A stretch of 64,000 nucleotides of DNA from Gammaproteobacteria bacterium (GTDB lineage Bacteria; Pseudomonadota; Gammaproteobacteria; CAKMZV01): contig OZ255827.1 of the NCBI GenBank assembly GCA_965277625.1, positions 1,608,550 through 1,672,549 of the forward strand. The letters are read 5' to 3'. Positions 1 to 13,372 of this stretch are shown in pieces (position 1 is the stretch's first letter; each line of letters begins with the position of its first letter). Under the pieces are notes generated by a model that made no database searches, had not been told where the DNA came from, and saw only the letters and a program-made list of their open reading frames with translations. The position numbers were made by a program, and so were the translations under genes.

Positions 1-114
1 GATACCATTTCTGTCAAAGAAGTTGCCCGATGCGCCCAAACCATCCCCTATGAATTATTCACTGGCATCAATGAACGTGTTTCACGATGCCACCTTGATT
101 AGCCTGAGCATGCA

Positions 115-711
115 ATGACGACGCACAAAATTCATTCAATAAAAACCTTGTATCAAGGTTTTTTTAAGACCCTTTGCTATACCTTCCAATATAAACGTTA
201 TGACCAGCAATGGAGCAATATCGTTCATCATGAAGTATTTAACCGATCTGATGCGGTTGCAATATTGCCTTTTGATCCCATCAAAAAACAAGTGATCTTG
301 GTTGAGCAATTCCGCACTGGTGCAATTTTGCATGATAATCCGCATTTAATTGAAACCATTGCGGGCATGATCAACGATGATGAAACCCCATTACAAGCCG
401 CGCATCGTGAATTATTCGAAGAAAGCGGCTTAACGAGCCAACAATGGTCAAAAATAGGCCTTTTTTATACGTCTCCAGGCGCTTGCACCGAACGGCTCCA
501 TATCTATTGTGCTTATGTTGACGCCGAACAGGCATTAGAGTACGCTGGTTTGCAAACAGAAAATGAAAGCATCAAAGTGCTCAAATATGACTTAAAGCGT
601 ATTGCACAAGGATTAGAACAAAACAGCTTCACCGTTGCACCGACCGTGGTTGCTTTACAATGGCTGCTGATGAATCACCCGCCTGCTGCACAAACACCCA
701 AATCATCATGA
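115..711 (+). CDS. nudF: ADP-ribose pyrophosphatase (Nudix hydrolase)
   Basis: 198-aa ORF with a Nudix box (GMINDDETPLQAAHRELFEESGL). Collinear with E. coli NudF, including the C-terminal ALQWL motif. Stop TGA overlaps the rarA ATG (ATGA). Confidence 0.8.
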   Translation: MTTHKIHSIKTLYQGFFKTLCYTFQYKRYDQQWSNIVHHEVFNRSDAVAILPFDPIKKQVILVEQFRTGAILHDNPHLIETIAGMINDDETPLQAAHRELFEESGLTSQQWSKIGLFYTSPGACTERLHIYCAYVDAEQALEYAGLQTENESIKVLKYDLKRIAQGLEQNSFTVAPTVVALQWLLMNHPPAAQTPKSS

Positions 712-1997
712 TTTCCCTCCCTGAACGCGCTCGCCCACAAAACATTCATGAATTGGTTGGGCAAAGTCATCTGCTCTCTGAAGGCAAGCCCTTGCACATC
801 ATGCTGAGCAAACAACAAGCCCACTCAATGATTCTGTGGGGACCGCCAGGTTGTGGCAAAACCACTTTTGCCCGTCTATTGGCACAGCATGCACAATGGG
901 GATTCATCGCCCTTTCTGCCGTATTAGATGGCGTTACCCAAGTTCGGCAAGCCATTGAACAAGCCCAAAAGAATAAAAATGATTTACTCATCAAAGAAAC
1001 CATTCTATTTGTCGATGAGGTTCATCGTTTTAACAAAGCCCAACAGGATGCATTTTTGCCACACATTGAAGACGGCACAATCATCTTTGTTGGTGCAACC
1101 ACAGAAAATCCCGCATTTGAACTGAACCGCGCATTGCTTTCACGGTGCCGCGTTTACCAACTAAACACCATCAGCGATGAGGACTTGATCCAATTACTTG
1201 AGCGCAGTAAAACTTGGTTAAAAGAGCAATTTCAAGGTGCCATTGATTTTAGCCATGTCGAAAAACCCTTGATCCAGAATGCAGCGGGCGATGCTCGAAG
1301 ATTATTACTCAGCGTTGAATTGCTCATGGCGCAACAACAAGACGCTGTAACCATCACGCCAACATTGGAGCAGTTAAACCAACTGTTTGAATCACGCTAT
1401 CATGCTTTTGACAAACGTGGGGACGATTGGTACGACATGATTTCTGCGCTGCACAAATCCATTCGAGGTTCTGATCCCGATGCAGGTCTTTACTGGTACG
1501 TGCGCATGGTTGAGGCCGGTTGTGATCCTCTGTACATTGCTCGACGATTACTGTGCATTGCTTCTGAAGATGTTGGCAATGCTGATCCGAGGGGGTTGTC
1601 CGTTGCCCTTGCTGCTTGGCAAACCTATGAACGACTGGGCAAGGCCGAAGGGGAAAGAGCCATTGCTCATGCCATCATTTATCTCGCTTGTGCCCCGAAA
1701 AGCAATGCCATCAATGAAGCATTAAACAAAGCTCGGTTAGTCGTGCAAAACAACCCAGATTATCCTGTTCCTTTACACTTGCGCAATGCGCCCACCCAAT
1801 TGGCAAAAGATTTGAATCATGGTAAGGGCTACCGCTACTCACACAACGAAGAACATGCATTCTCAGCTGGACAAGATTACCTCCCTGAAGCACTCAAGGA
1901 GGTAAGGTTTTATCATCCCACTGATCGCGGATTAGAAAAGAAAATCAGCGAAAAACTGGCTTGGTTAAAAAATCTCAACTCGACTCGTTCGCCTTAA
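708..1997 (+). CDS. rarA: Replication-associated recombination protein A (AAA+ ATPase RarA/MgsA)
   Basis: Walker A motif WGPPGCGKTT. Collinear with E. coli RarA along its whole length (FVDEVHRFNK, LHKSIRGSDPDAGLYW, HLRNAPT). Start moved to the internal Met at 708, which overlaps the nudF stop. Confidence 0.9.
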   Translation: MISLPERARPQNIHELVGQSHLLSEGKPLHIMLSKQQAHSMILWGPPGCGKTTFARLLAQHAQWGFIALSAVLDGVTQVRQAIEQAQKNKNDLLIKETILFVDEVHRFNKAQQDAFLPHIEDGTIIFVGATTENPAFELNRALLSRCRVYQLNTISDEDLIQLLERSKTWLKEQFQGAIDFSHVEKPLIQNAAGDARRLLLSVELLMAQQQDAVTITPTLEQLNQLFESRYHAFDKRGDDWYDMISALHKSIRGSDPDAGLYWYVRMVEAGCDPLYIARRLLCIASEDVGNADPRGLSVALAAWQTYERLGKAEGERAIAHAIIYLACAPKSNAINEALNKARLVVQNNPDYPVPLHLRNAPTQLAKDLNHGKGYRYSHNEEHAFSAGQDYLPEALKEVRFYHPTDRGLEKKISEKLAWLKNLNSTRSP

Positions 1998-2343
1998 TCA
2001 AACGAACAAAAGAAGGATACCTGGGTTTACCGCCTTTGCTAAGGCCGTAATAGCGGTATTCAATGGTGCTACCCACTGGTGGTGGATTGGTGCGAGTGGA
2101 CTTATCGAATCCCACGGATAATTTAAACGCCCCGTTCAATTCACTACTCACACTCATGGACCCAAGAATGCCTTCATACCGACCCTTGCCTGCATTGTGC
2201 TGCACAACTGTGGCTTGATCAAATTGGGCCACTTTTTCTGCAGACGCCTTGTCCATGGTCTCTTCAGCAAAGCTTAAAGACGCCAGAGTTAGCAAGCCAA
2301 TAAAGGTGAGGGGTTTTAATAAACAATTGAATGATTTCAACAT
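1975..2343 (-). CDS. Small secreted protein of unknown function
   Basis: 122-aa ORF with an N-terminal signal peptide (MLKSFNCLLKPLTFIGLLTLASLSFA). No recognisable catalytic motifs. Its 3' end overlaps convergent rarA by 23 nt. Confidence 0.45.
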   Translation of the reverse strand: MLKSFNCLLKPLTFIGLLTLASLSFAEETMDKASAEKVAQFDQATVVQHNAGKGRYEGILGSMSVSSELNGAFKLSVGFDKSTRTNPPPVGSTIEYRYYGLSKGGKPRYPSFVRLIKANESS

Positions 2344-2487
2344 AAATATACTCCATATGTTAATGATTAACTAAAACAAGCCTCATTGTATGGAGCACAA
2401 ATTGGACATGATGACACTAAAAAAAAGAACAAGACGGCTATGCCAGTCTTTGTCGCTTATTAACGAATGAGCTTAGAAACCGTGTCT

Positions 2488-3075
2488 TTAACGATTATGC
2501 TGATAGCAGTGGCAATCGATCAAGTGGTCATTGACCATGCCCGTTGCTTGCATAAAAGCGTACATGATGGTGGAGCCGACAAAGCTCATCCCTCTGCGTT
2601 TTAAATCTTTGGATAATAGATCACTTTGTTCGGTCTTAACAGGCACTTGGTCGAACTCATGCCAATGATTGATGATGGGTTTATCATCGACAAATTGCCA
2701 TAAGTAATGATCAAAACTGTTGAAGCTTTGTTGCAGTTGCAAAACGACTTGAGCATTTTTTCTGGTACTGGCAATTTTCAATCGATTTCTTATGATATTA
2801 GGATTGACCTGCAAGTCAGCCAATTCGGCATCGCTCATCTGCGCCACTTTCTCAATATTGAATTGATGAAAAGCTTGCCTGTAACCGTCCCGTTTTTTCA
2901 ATACTGTCTCCCACGAGAGCCCCGCTTGAGCGCCTTCTAAAATCAGCATTTCAAATAATCTCTGATCATCATGAAGCGGAATGCCCCATTCATTGTCATG
3001 ATAATCAGCATAAAATTTTTGTCCCACTTTATTGCCAAAACAGCGTTTTTTACCATCTGGTCCTGCCGTCAACAT
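2488..3075 (-). CDS. tag: DNA-3-methyladenine glycosylase I
   Basis: 195-aa ORF. YHDNEWG and EGAQAGLSWETVLKKR motifs are collinear with E. coli Tag. C-terminal Cys/His zinc-site residues are present. Confidence 0.85.
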   Translation of the reverse strand: MLTAGPDGKKRCFGNKVGQKFYADYHDNEWGIPLHDDQRLFEMLILEGAQAGLSWETVLKKRDGYRQAFHQFNIEKVAQMSDAELADLQVNPNIIRNRLKIASTRKNAQVVLQLQQSFNSFDHYLWQFVDDKPIINHWHEFDQVPVKTEQSDLLSKDLKRRGMSFVGSTIMYAFMQATGMVNDHLIDCHCYQHNR

Positions 3076-3256
3076 TATTTCTCCTGATATATGGTCAATT
3101 TATTGTAAAAAACACCATAAATTAAGGTTTTTTTTTACATTTCCTTATAAAATCAGCGCCATTCCAATTGCGCGATCAGACTGACTTTTTGCGCGCCTTT
3201 TAAGTCCCCGTTAAAAGTTTATTCTAATCCAAATACATAGGTGTAAACCAATAAAA

Positions 3257-5065
3257 ATGAATACATTCCGAAACATAGCGATAATTGCGCATGTTGACCA
3301 TGGCAAAACCACTTTGGTTGATGCTTTGCTCAAACAAAGTGGTACTTTTGATGCACACCAAGTGGTTGAGACTCGCGTCATGGATTCCTTTGACCAAGAG
3401 AAGGAACGCGGCATCACCATCTATGCTAAAAATACCGCGCTGCAGTTTGAAGATTGCAAAATTAATATTGTTGACACCCCTGGGCACGCCGATTTCGGTT
3501 CTGAAGTTGAACGGGTATTGCGGATGGTCGATTCTGTTCTTTTGGTCGTGGATGCCTATGAAGGCCCCATGCCACAAACCAAATTTGTGCTGAGTAAATC
3601 TTTGGCCATGGGTCATAATCCCATTGTGATCATCAATAAAATTGACAAACCTTCTGCTCGCCCTGATTGGGTCATCGATCAATTGTTCGATTTATTTGTT
3701 ACATTGGAAGCCACCGATGCCCAGTTGGATTTCCCCATTTGCTACACCGTTGCCAAACAAGGCATTGCAGGTTTAGAAACCAATGAAATGGCAGACAACA
3801 TTACTCCACTTTTTAGAGTCATCATGGATAAAGTCCCACCGGCTCAATCTAATATCAGCAAACCGTTCAAGATGCAAGTCACCAACTTGGCCTATGATAA
3901 CTTTTTAGGTCGGATGGCCGTTGGTCGGGTGTACGAAGGATTGGTCAAGCGCAATCAAGAAGTGACCGTTCTCACCCAAGATGGCAAAATCAAGACCGCC
4001 AAAATCAGCGAAGTGTTGACTACGGTTGGCTTACAACGCATCAAGGTTGAACAAGCCGTCAGTGGCGATATCGTCACCTTAGCAGGGATCAGTGATATTT
4101 ATGTGGGAGATACCATCAGCGCTGATAAAAAAACGCATCCCATGCCCGTCATCGCCATCGATGAACCCACTTTAAAAATGACTTTTATGGTCAATTCATC
4201 TCCCTTTGCTGGACAAGACGGCAAGCTATTGACCTCAAGACAAATCCGCGAACGCCTTGAACGAGAATTGGAAGTCAATGTCGGTATGAGTATGGACTTA
4301 TCCAATCCCGATGCATACGTGGTTTGTGGCCGAGGAGAACTGCATTTATCGGTTTTGATTGAAAGCATGCGCAGAGAAGGTTTCGAGCTACAAGTCGGTG
4401 CACCCGAGGTGATATTCAAAGTGATTGACGGCAAAAAAATGGAACCGTGCGAGCGCGTAAATATCTTTGTTCCTTCCGAATTCTCTGGCTCAATCATTGC
4501 AGAGCTCAGTAAACGCAAAGGCGAATTATTAAATCTACAAGACAATAATGACACCACGCACATTGAATACTTGATTCCCAGCAGAGGATTATTGGGTTTT
4601 AAATCACAATTTACTTCCATGACCAAAGGCGAAGGTATTTTATCCTCGGTTTTTGACAGCTATGCCCCCCATAAGGGTGAAATTGAAAGACGCGATGTTG
4701 GTAGCATGATTTCTGGAGAATCAGGCACTGCCATGGCTTATAGTTTGTGGAATTTGCAAGAACGAGGCCCCTTATTCATTCGGGCAGCCACCCCCATTTA
4801 CGAAGGCATGATCATTGGCGAACACCTCAAAGGCGGTGACCTTAATGTTAATGCCACCAAGAATAAAAAATTAACCAATGTGCGCGCTTCTGGTAAGGAT
4901 GATGCGCTTAATTTGGTCCCCATCCGCGAAATATCATTGGAACAGGCCATCGATTATATTGGCGAAGATGAATTGGTCGAAGTGACACCTAAAAATATAC
5001 GGCTCAGGAAAAAATACTTGCGCGAATCTGATCGACGCAGAGCCAAGCGTGGCTTGACCAAATAG
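3257..5065 (+). CDS. bipA: Translational GTPase BipA/TypA
   Basis: 602-aa ORF. N-terminal G domain ([32 protein letters not shown]) followed by EF-G-like domains. Length typical of BipA. Confidence 0.95.
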   Translation: MNTFRNIAIIAHVDHGKTTLVDALLKQSGTFDAHQVVETRVMDSFDQEKERGITIYAKNTALQFEDCKINIVDTPGHADFGSEVERVLRMVDSVLLVVDAYEGPMPQTKFVLSKSLAMGHNPIVIINKIDKPSARPDWVIDQLFDLFVTLEATDAQLDFPICYTVAKQGIAGLETNEMADNITPLFRVIMDKVPPAQSNISKPFKMQVTNLAYDNFLGRMAVGRVYEGLVKRNQEVTVLTQDGKIKTAKISEVLTTVGLQRIKVEQAVSGDIVTLAGISDIYVGDTISADKKTHPMPVIAIDEPTLKMTFMVNSSPFAGQDGKLLTSRQIRERLERELEVNVGMSMDLSNPDAYVVCGRGELHLSVLIESMRREGFELQVGAPEVIFKVIDGKKMEPCERVNIFVPSEFSGSIIAELSKRKGELLNLQDNNDTTHIEYLIPSRGLLGFKSQFTSMTKGEGILSSVFDSYAPHKGEIERRDVGSMISGESGTAMAYSLWNLQERGPLFIRAATPIYEGMIIGEHLKGGDLNVNATKNKKLTNVRASGKDDALNLVPIREISLEQAIDYIGEDELVEVTPKNIRLRKKYLRESDRRRAKRGLTK

Positions 5066-5692
5066 GTTTGGCCTAACTCACTCAAAAAAAGCGTCTTTAA
5101 TCATTAACAAACGCATTTTGAATGATGACATCAAAGCGGGGGTCTGTAAAGCTTGATAAAAGATTTATAAAAACTCATCAAGTGTTTATAAACGCTTAGT
5201 TTTTATCAACAGCTGTGACCTTGATGAAATCTCTCAATGTCATAAAATGACCCCTCTACTCTTCCAAGAGACTGTAAAAAAAGTTACTGTCTAGCTTGCT
5301 AAGAGCGATTATTTCCTCTACCACCACCTGAAGGATTACCTGTGGTTGATGGCCCATTAGGCGGTCTGTCGTTTGAGTGAATGATCATGATTAATCTCCT
5401 TTATATGATTTAAAAAAATAAGTTTAACACATTAAAGCGCTTAAAAGCATAGAAAAGCCATCTTATTTTCTATAAACCTTTAAAGTAAAGGATTGTCAGT
5501 CCCTTCAATGGTTCAATGAACGCTCTGTATAAACAAGACCAAAATCTGCAACCGCAGTTTGGTCTACATCCCTGTACATATTTAGCCGACTTGATTAGCG
5601 AACAATTATCCTTTCTATAAAAAAGGTGAGGCTTTCCAAACAAACTGCTTAGCAGTTTATGTCGTTTTGAACTGAGGGCTGAAACCAAAAAA

Positions 5693-5726
5693 AAGCCACA
5701 ACTGAATTCAGCTGTGGCTTTTGAAT
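5693..5726 (-). terminator. Rho-independent terminator of the 23S-5S rRNA transcript
   Basis: On the minus strand, GCCACAGCTGAA/TTCAGTTGTGGC forms a 12-bp stem around a central GAATTC, followed by eight T residues. It lies immediately 3' of the 5S rRNA. Confidence 0.75.
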
Positions 5727-5732
5727 TTAAAA

Positions 5733-5849
5733 GCCTGGCAATGACCTACTCTCACATGGGAACTCCCACACTACCATCGGCGCTAAGACGTTTCACTTCT
5801 GAGTTCGGTATGGAGTCAGGTGTTTCAATCTTGCTATGGTCACCAGGCA
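5733..5849 (-). rRNA. rrf: 5S ribosomal RNA
   Basis: Reverse complement matches bacterial 5S rRNA end to end (TGCCTGGTGACCATAGC...GAACTCAGAAGTGAAACG...CCCATGTGAGAGTAGGTCATTGCCAGGC). Confidence 0.9.
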
Positions 5850-5951
5850 AACTGGTAGAGACATTTAGTCTCATTATTTGGAACCAAGAACACGCTTGTC
5901 AATTCTTTGAATTTGATCGTCACCCTAATAATTCAGGTTATATTACCTAAA

Positions 5952-8838
<2,887 letters not shown>

Positions 8839-9028
8839 CCCCAAATAACCTTTTACAGTCATCTAAAAGTCATAACGTCTCAAACTCGTTTTGAATTTAC
8901 ATTCAATTTTGATTTATTAAAATCGCTTGATGCGTGTTCTTGGTTCCAAATTTTTAAAGATCAGTCTTACAGCTACTTACGAGTCGTGGATAACACAACT
9001 GAATTCGTTTTCCTGTAAGAGAGCGCGC

Positions 9029-9057
9029 ATTGTATCTACTGGCCCCCTATGTTGCAA
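9029..9057 (-). promoter_or_regulatory. Sigma70 rRNA promoter with GC-rich discriminator
   Basis: On the minus strand: TTGCAA, a 17-nt spacer CATAGGGGGCCAGTAGA, TACAAT, then GCGCGC. An AT-rich tract lies upstream (9060-9120) and a second TTGCAA sits at 9131-9136. It is about 185 nt upstream of the 23S 5' end. Confidence 0.55.
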
Positions 9058-9233
9058 GCACTTTTTACGATTTTTTATCGGTTTTTTGATCAATAAAAAA
9101 ATAGGTTTTTTTTTACCCTAACAATCCATGTTGCAAGGGGCGGTTAAAAGTGCCAATCAGGGCAGATTATGATACTGAATATCAAGCCATTTAAGGCCAA
9201 AAAAGGCGCAGTAAGCCTGTTTATTCAGTGGTA

Positions 9234-10391
9234 TTACTGAACATTGCTTACAGCAATTTTTTTATTGGGGTCATAAAAAGGTTTGGGCACCACTTCAATG
9301 GGGTAGCTATTGCCCTCAGCCTCGACCACGGCAGTGGTCCCCAATTCGCTGTGCGCCAAATCCATCATGGCCAAAGCAATGGTTTGTTTTAATCTGGGGG
9401 AATAAATGGCAGAAGTCACATAGCCAATTTGTTTATCGGCCTTAATGATTTTCCAGAAGGTGTTATTACTTGGAACACTGCTGGGGCAATCGATTCTGAT
9501 TCCAACCTGGCTGCGCGTAATGCCTTTTTGCTTGATTGCTTTAAGTGCGGCTTTACCGACAAAATCTGCAGGCATCTCTAAATCAACCAAACGACCCAAG
9601 CCCAATTCATAGGGATTGGTGTGAATGTTCATGTCGGCGTGGTAAGACAGCATGCCCCCTTCAATTCGCCGAATCGACGAAGTATGACCTGGATGTAATC
9701 CCATTGGCCCACCAACGGCCATCAGATGTTCCCAGAGCCGATCGCCATGCGCAGAGTCATTAATAAAGATCTCATAGCCAAACTCACTGGACCAACCAGT
9801 ACGCGATATGATGAGCGGCATGCCCTCTAAGGTTGCGGCAGTCCAATGGAAATAGCGCAAATCGGCAATGCTTTCGCCAAATACAGCCAGCATAATATCC
9901 TGCGATTTTGGTCCTTGTACTTGCACTGGCGAAACATCTGGCTCACAGATATTGACCTCCATGCCTGAATGAACCGCAACGCCTTGAGCCCATAGCAAAA
10001 TATCACTGTCTGCGAGTGAGATCCAGTAGCGATCCTCTGACATCCGCAATAGCACGGGATCATTTAATATACCACCTTGTTCATTGGTTATTAAGATGTA
10101 CTTACACTGTCCAACGGCCAATTTACTCAAATTGCGAGGAGTCAAATACTGCATAAATTGAGTGGCATCCTTGCCAGAGATTTCAACTTGGCGTTCTACG
10201 CCCACATCACAGAGTATGGCTTCGTTGATCAGGTTGTTAAAATTTTGCACAGGGTCACCAAAATCTCTTGGAATATACATATGGTTATAGACGGAAAAAC
10301 CCTTTGCGCCCCAACGCAAAGTTGCTTCATAAAATGGCGACCGTCTGATTTGAGTCCCGTAACCTAGTTGTCCAAATGTATTTTCTGTCAT
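9234..10391 (-). CDS. Aminomethyltransferase (GcvT) family protein, DmdA-like (putative DMSP demethylase)
   Basis: 385-aa ORF with the GcvT fold (EPDVSP-VQGPK, GYE/FEI, IRRIEGG-LSY). N-terminal region SPFYEATLRWGAKGFSVYNHM and ERQVEISGKDA resemble DmdA more than canonical glycine-cleavage T protein. Confidence 0.6.
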   Translation of the reverse strand: MTENTFGQLGYGTQIRRSPFYEATLRWGAKGFSVYNHMYIPRDFGDPVQNFNNLINEAILCDVGVERQVEISGKDATQFMQYLTPRNLSKLAVGQCKYILITNEQGGILNDPVLLRMSEDRYWISLADSDILLWAQGVAVHSGMEVNICEPDVSPVQVQGPKSQDIMLAVFGESIADLRYFHWTAATLEGMPLIISRTGWSSEFGYEIFINDSAHGDRLWEHLMAVGGPMGLHPGHTSSIRRIEGGMLSYHADMNIHTNPYELGLGRLVDLEMPADFVGKAALKAIKQKGITRSQVGIRIDCPSSVPSNNTFWKIIKADKQIGYVTSAIYSPRLKQTIALAMMDLAHSELGTTAVVEAEGNSYPIEVVPKPFYDPNKKIAVSNVQ

Positions 10392-10582
10392 GAGTCTGAT
10401 TCCTTGAGTGTTGGTGAAAAGTTATGATAAATACGATTAAAATCAATCATAATGCTTAATATAACTATTATCATCTAATGGATTATATTTTTTGTTGTTA
10501 ATTTAATCGCTCTAAACGTTCATGATGAATCACTAATGACATTTAAGACCTCAGTGCCACGCCCCAAGAGACCACCATTATT

Positions 10583-11761
10583 ATGAAAAATCGCTTTCAA
10601 ACTAGCCTAAGTCAATCGATGGATGCCCTGTCCATGCGCGTTTATACTTCTAGATTGCTGGGGCAAGATGCTGATTTGGTTTTGCATGGTGGTGGCAACA
10701 CCTCGGTAAAAATTGAAGACACCATTTATGTCAAAGCCAGTGGCTGGGACTTGGCGACCATTGAACCGCAAGGATTTGCACCGGTTGAAACAACCAAGCT
10801 CCAAGCGCTTTTGCAACATACCACACTCAGCGATGCCCAAATGGTCGCGCTTCAGCGCCAATCCATGACCGACCAAAGTTTTCCCAATCCCTCAGTAGAA
10901 GCCATTCTGCACGCCACCATTCCTTTTGATTTTGTCGATCACACCCACGCCGATGCCATCGTCACTATTTCTAATTCAATCCATGGTGAACAAATATTGC
11001 GCCAGTTATACCCACCCTCTGTACTCATATTACCGTACATCATGCCTGGCTTTCAATTGGCAAAACAAGTCTCTGACGCCACCCAGAATATTGATTGGAA
11101 TGCTATTGAAGGCATCATTTTGTTGAATCACGGTATCTTTACTTTTAGTGATGATGCCAAATGGGCTTATGACAAAATGATTGAGTGGGTGAATGTGGCT
11201 GAAAGGTATTTAATGGCTCATACGGATAAGCACATTCACATAGAACAACAACCAACAACGCCCAAATCTTACAACATAGACGCCATTGTTTCAGCCCTGT
11301 CTGCGGCTAAAAAGTGTCCACTATCTCATAAAATCAACCACACACCTTTGGCACGTACCTTTGCTCAGCCCCAATATTTTGCCCTTGCCCAAAAAGGGGT
11401 CCTAACCCCAGAACACATTATTCGAACCAAGCGCGCTCCGGTCATTTTTACCGGCGACTCAAGCGCCGAAATCCAAGCCACATTAGAAGCGTATGCTGAG
11501 AACTACAGCCGCTATTTTCAAACATTTGCCTCAACTGAAACCATGTTAGACCCTTACCCAAATTGGGGGATATTGCCAAATGCGGGCACCATTTGTTTCG
11601 GCAAATCTCAAAAAGACGTCGATGTGATTGAAGACATCAACAACCACACCATGTTGGCCATGCTTCGCGCTGAGCAATTAGGTGGCTATCAAAGCCTCTC
11701 TGAGCAAGACAGTTTTGCCATGGAGTATTGGGAATTAGAACAAATGAAGTTGAAAAAATAA
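10583..11761 (+). CDS. Class II aldolase/adducin-domain protein (RhaD N-terminal-domain-like)
   Basis: 392-aa ORF. LHGGGNTSVK...YVKASGWDLATI is typical of the class II aldolase/adducin fold. Its length and pattern match the aldolase half of bifunctional rhamnulose-1-phosphate aldolase/SDR proteins, but no SDR half is present. Confidence 0.65.
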   Translation: MKNRFQTSLSQSMDALSMRVYTSRLLGQDADLVLHGGGNTSVKIEDTIYVKASGWDLATIEPQGFAPVETTKLQALLQHTTLSDAQMVALQRQSMTDQSFPNPSVEAILHATIPFDFVDHTHADAIVTISNSIHGEQILRQLYPPSVLILPYIMPGFQLAKQVSDATQNIDWNAIEGIILLNHGIFTFSDDAKWAYDKMIEWVNVAERYLMAHTDKHIHIEQQPTTPKSYNIDAIVSALSAAKKCPLSHKINHTPLARTFAQPQYFALAQKGVLTPEHIIRTKRAPVIFTGDSSAEIQATLEAYAENYSRYFQTFASTETMLDPYPNWGILPNAGTICFGKSQKDVDVIEDINNHTMLAMLRAEQLGGYQSLSEQDSFAMEYWELEQMKLKK

Positions 11762-11794
11762 CCATCGCTATGAGGCAACGATTGTGAGATCAAG

Positions 11795-13348
11795 ATGTAT
11801 TTAATGACCATTGATGCTGGCACTGGCAGTGTCCGTGCGGTGCTTTTTAATCTCCAAGGTGAACAGATTGCCATGGCGCAACAAGAATGGATTCATTTAG
11901 CAGAACCTAATGTCCCGCACTCAATGAATTTTGATTTCCACACCAATTGGTCTTTGTGCTGCCAGTGCATAAAAAAAGCCATCCAGCAGGCCAACATTCA
12001 GCCCAAGGACATTCGTGCGATAACGGCTTCCAGTATGCGTGAAGGCATTGTGCTTTATGACAAAGACGGTCAACCGATCTGGGCCGTTGCCAATGTTGAT
12101 GCGCGTGCTTCACAAGAAGTCAAACAACTCAAGACTGAATTTCCTGATTTAGAAGCGGATCTTTATCAACGCACAGGGCAAACTTTTGCCTTAGGCGCCC
12201 TACCCCGGCTGTTGTGGCTGAAAAACAACCGCCCCAAGCTGTATGAGAAATGTCACACCTTTTCCATGATCAGCGACTGGGTGATACACAAACTTTCAGG
12301 CATTATTGGCGTGGACCCATCTAATGGTGGCACCAGTGGTCTGTTAGATTTACACAGTCGCCAGTGGTTAAGCACAGGGACTGAACTCATAAATACCTTG
12401 TCTTTGCCAAGGGTTTATGAATCAGGCACAGTCATTGGCAATGTGATTAAATCCGCTGCCGAAGAAACCGCGCTTTCAACCAACACTTTGGTCGTTATGG
12501 GGGGGGGTGATGTTCAACTTGGCGCGGCTGGACTTGATCTGGTTCGTCCCGGTGAAGCGGCTATTTTAGGGGGCAGTTTTTGGCAACAAATTGTCAATGT
12601 CGATGCCGCGCTAAAACCACCCAAAAACAGGCAACTTCGAGTCAATCCCCATGTCATAACCCACCTTTCACAAGTAGAAGCCATTACTTTTTTTAGCGGA
12701 TTGGTCATGCGTTGGTTCCGCGATGCTTTTTGCCAAGCGGAAAAATTGCAAGCCCAACAAGCGGGCAAAGATGTCTATGATCTGCTCCAAGCCAAAGCCG
12801 CATCGGTTCCAGTAGGGTCGTATGGGGTTATGCCCATATTTTCAGACACGATGAAATATGACAAATGGTACCACGCCAGCCCTTCGTTCATTAATTTGAA
12901 TATACAGCCTGAGAAATGCAATAACATCACTCTATTTCGCAGTTTATTAGAGAATGCGGCCATCGTCAGCGCCTTAAACTTACAGAAAATTGATGCAATG
13001 AGCCCCATTAAAACCGAAGCCATTGTGTTCGCCGCAGGCGCCAGCAAGGGACAATTATGGTCTCAAATCGTCGCCGATGTCCTGAACAGACCGCTTAAAA
13101 TTCCAAAAGTAAAAGAAGCCACAGCGCTGGGTGGGGCATTTGCTGCTGGCGTTGGTGCTGGTGTTTACACCACAATGGCTGAAGCTGCCGACCATGGAGT
13201 TCAATGGGAACGCACCGTCGAACCCATTGCAAGCAATCATCAACAGTACCTACAATTGATGGACCAATGGCAAGCCATTTATAATAAGCAGTTAGCCTTG
13301 GTTGATCAAGGTCTCACAGAAGCCATGTGGCAAGCCCCTGGTTTTTAA
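11795..13348 (+). CDS. lsrK: FGGY-family carbohydrate kinase, LsrK-like (autoinducer-2 kinase homolog)
   Basis: 517-aa ORF collinear with E. coli LsrK as recalled from memory: MTIDAGTGSVRAVLFNLQG, ANVDARA, MISDW, DPSNGGTSGLLDL, GGGDVQLG, RVNPHVI, MRWFRDAFC, MPIFSD, KEATALGGAFAAGVGAG. No lsrACDB, lsrR, lsrF or lsrG genes are nearby. Confidence 0.65.
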   Translation: MYLMTIDAGTGSVRAVLFNLQGEQIAMAQQEWIHLAEPNVPHSMNFDFHTNWSLCCQCIKKAIQQANIQPKDIRAITASSMREGIVLYDKDGQPIWAVANVDARASQEVKQLKTEFPDLEADLYQRTGQTFALGALPRLLWLKNNRPKLYEKCHTFSMISDWVIHKLSGIIGVDPSNGGTSGLLDLHSRQWLSTGTELINTLSLPRVYESGTVIGNVIKSAAEETALSTNTLVVMGGGDVQLGAAGLDLVRPGEAAILGGSFWQQIVNVDAALKPPKNRQLRVNPHVITHLSQVEAITFFSGLVMRWFRDAFCQAEKLQAQQAGKDVYDLLQAKAASVPVGSYGVMPIFSDTMKYDKWYHASPSFINLNIQPEKCNNITLFRSLLENAAIVSALNLQKIDAMSPIKTEAIVFAAGASKGQLWSQIVADVLNRPLKIPKVKEATALGGAFAAGVGAGVYTTMAEAADHGVQWERTVEPIASNHQQYLQLMDQWQAIYNKQLALVDQGLTEAMWQAPGF

Positions 13349-13372
13349 ACACAGACGTTTATAAGGATTATT

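Noticed and set aside
4099-4626. 175-aa minus-strand ORF
   Set aside because: It lies entirely inside the well-supported bipA gene on the opposite strand and has no motifs. It is a spurious antisense frame.
5470-5688. 72-aa minus-strand ORF in the region downstream of the rRNA terminator
   Set aside because: No RBS and a Cys/Arg-rich low-complexity translation. Probably non-coding.
8839-9233. Search for a 16S rRNA gene or spacer tRNA-Ile/tRNA-Ala upstream of the 23S
   Set aside because: No 16S signature or tRNA-like sequence is present. The region is instead a promoter and leader, followed by a protein-coding gene.
11795-13348. Calling a complete lsr (AI-2 uptake) operon
   Set aside because: Only the kinase is LsrK-like. 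No lsrACDB, lsrR, lsrF or lsrG homologs are adjacent, so I annotated only an LsrK-like kinase module.
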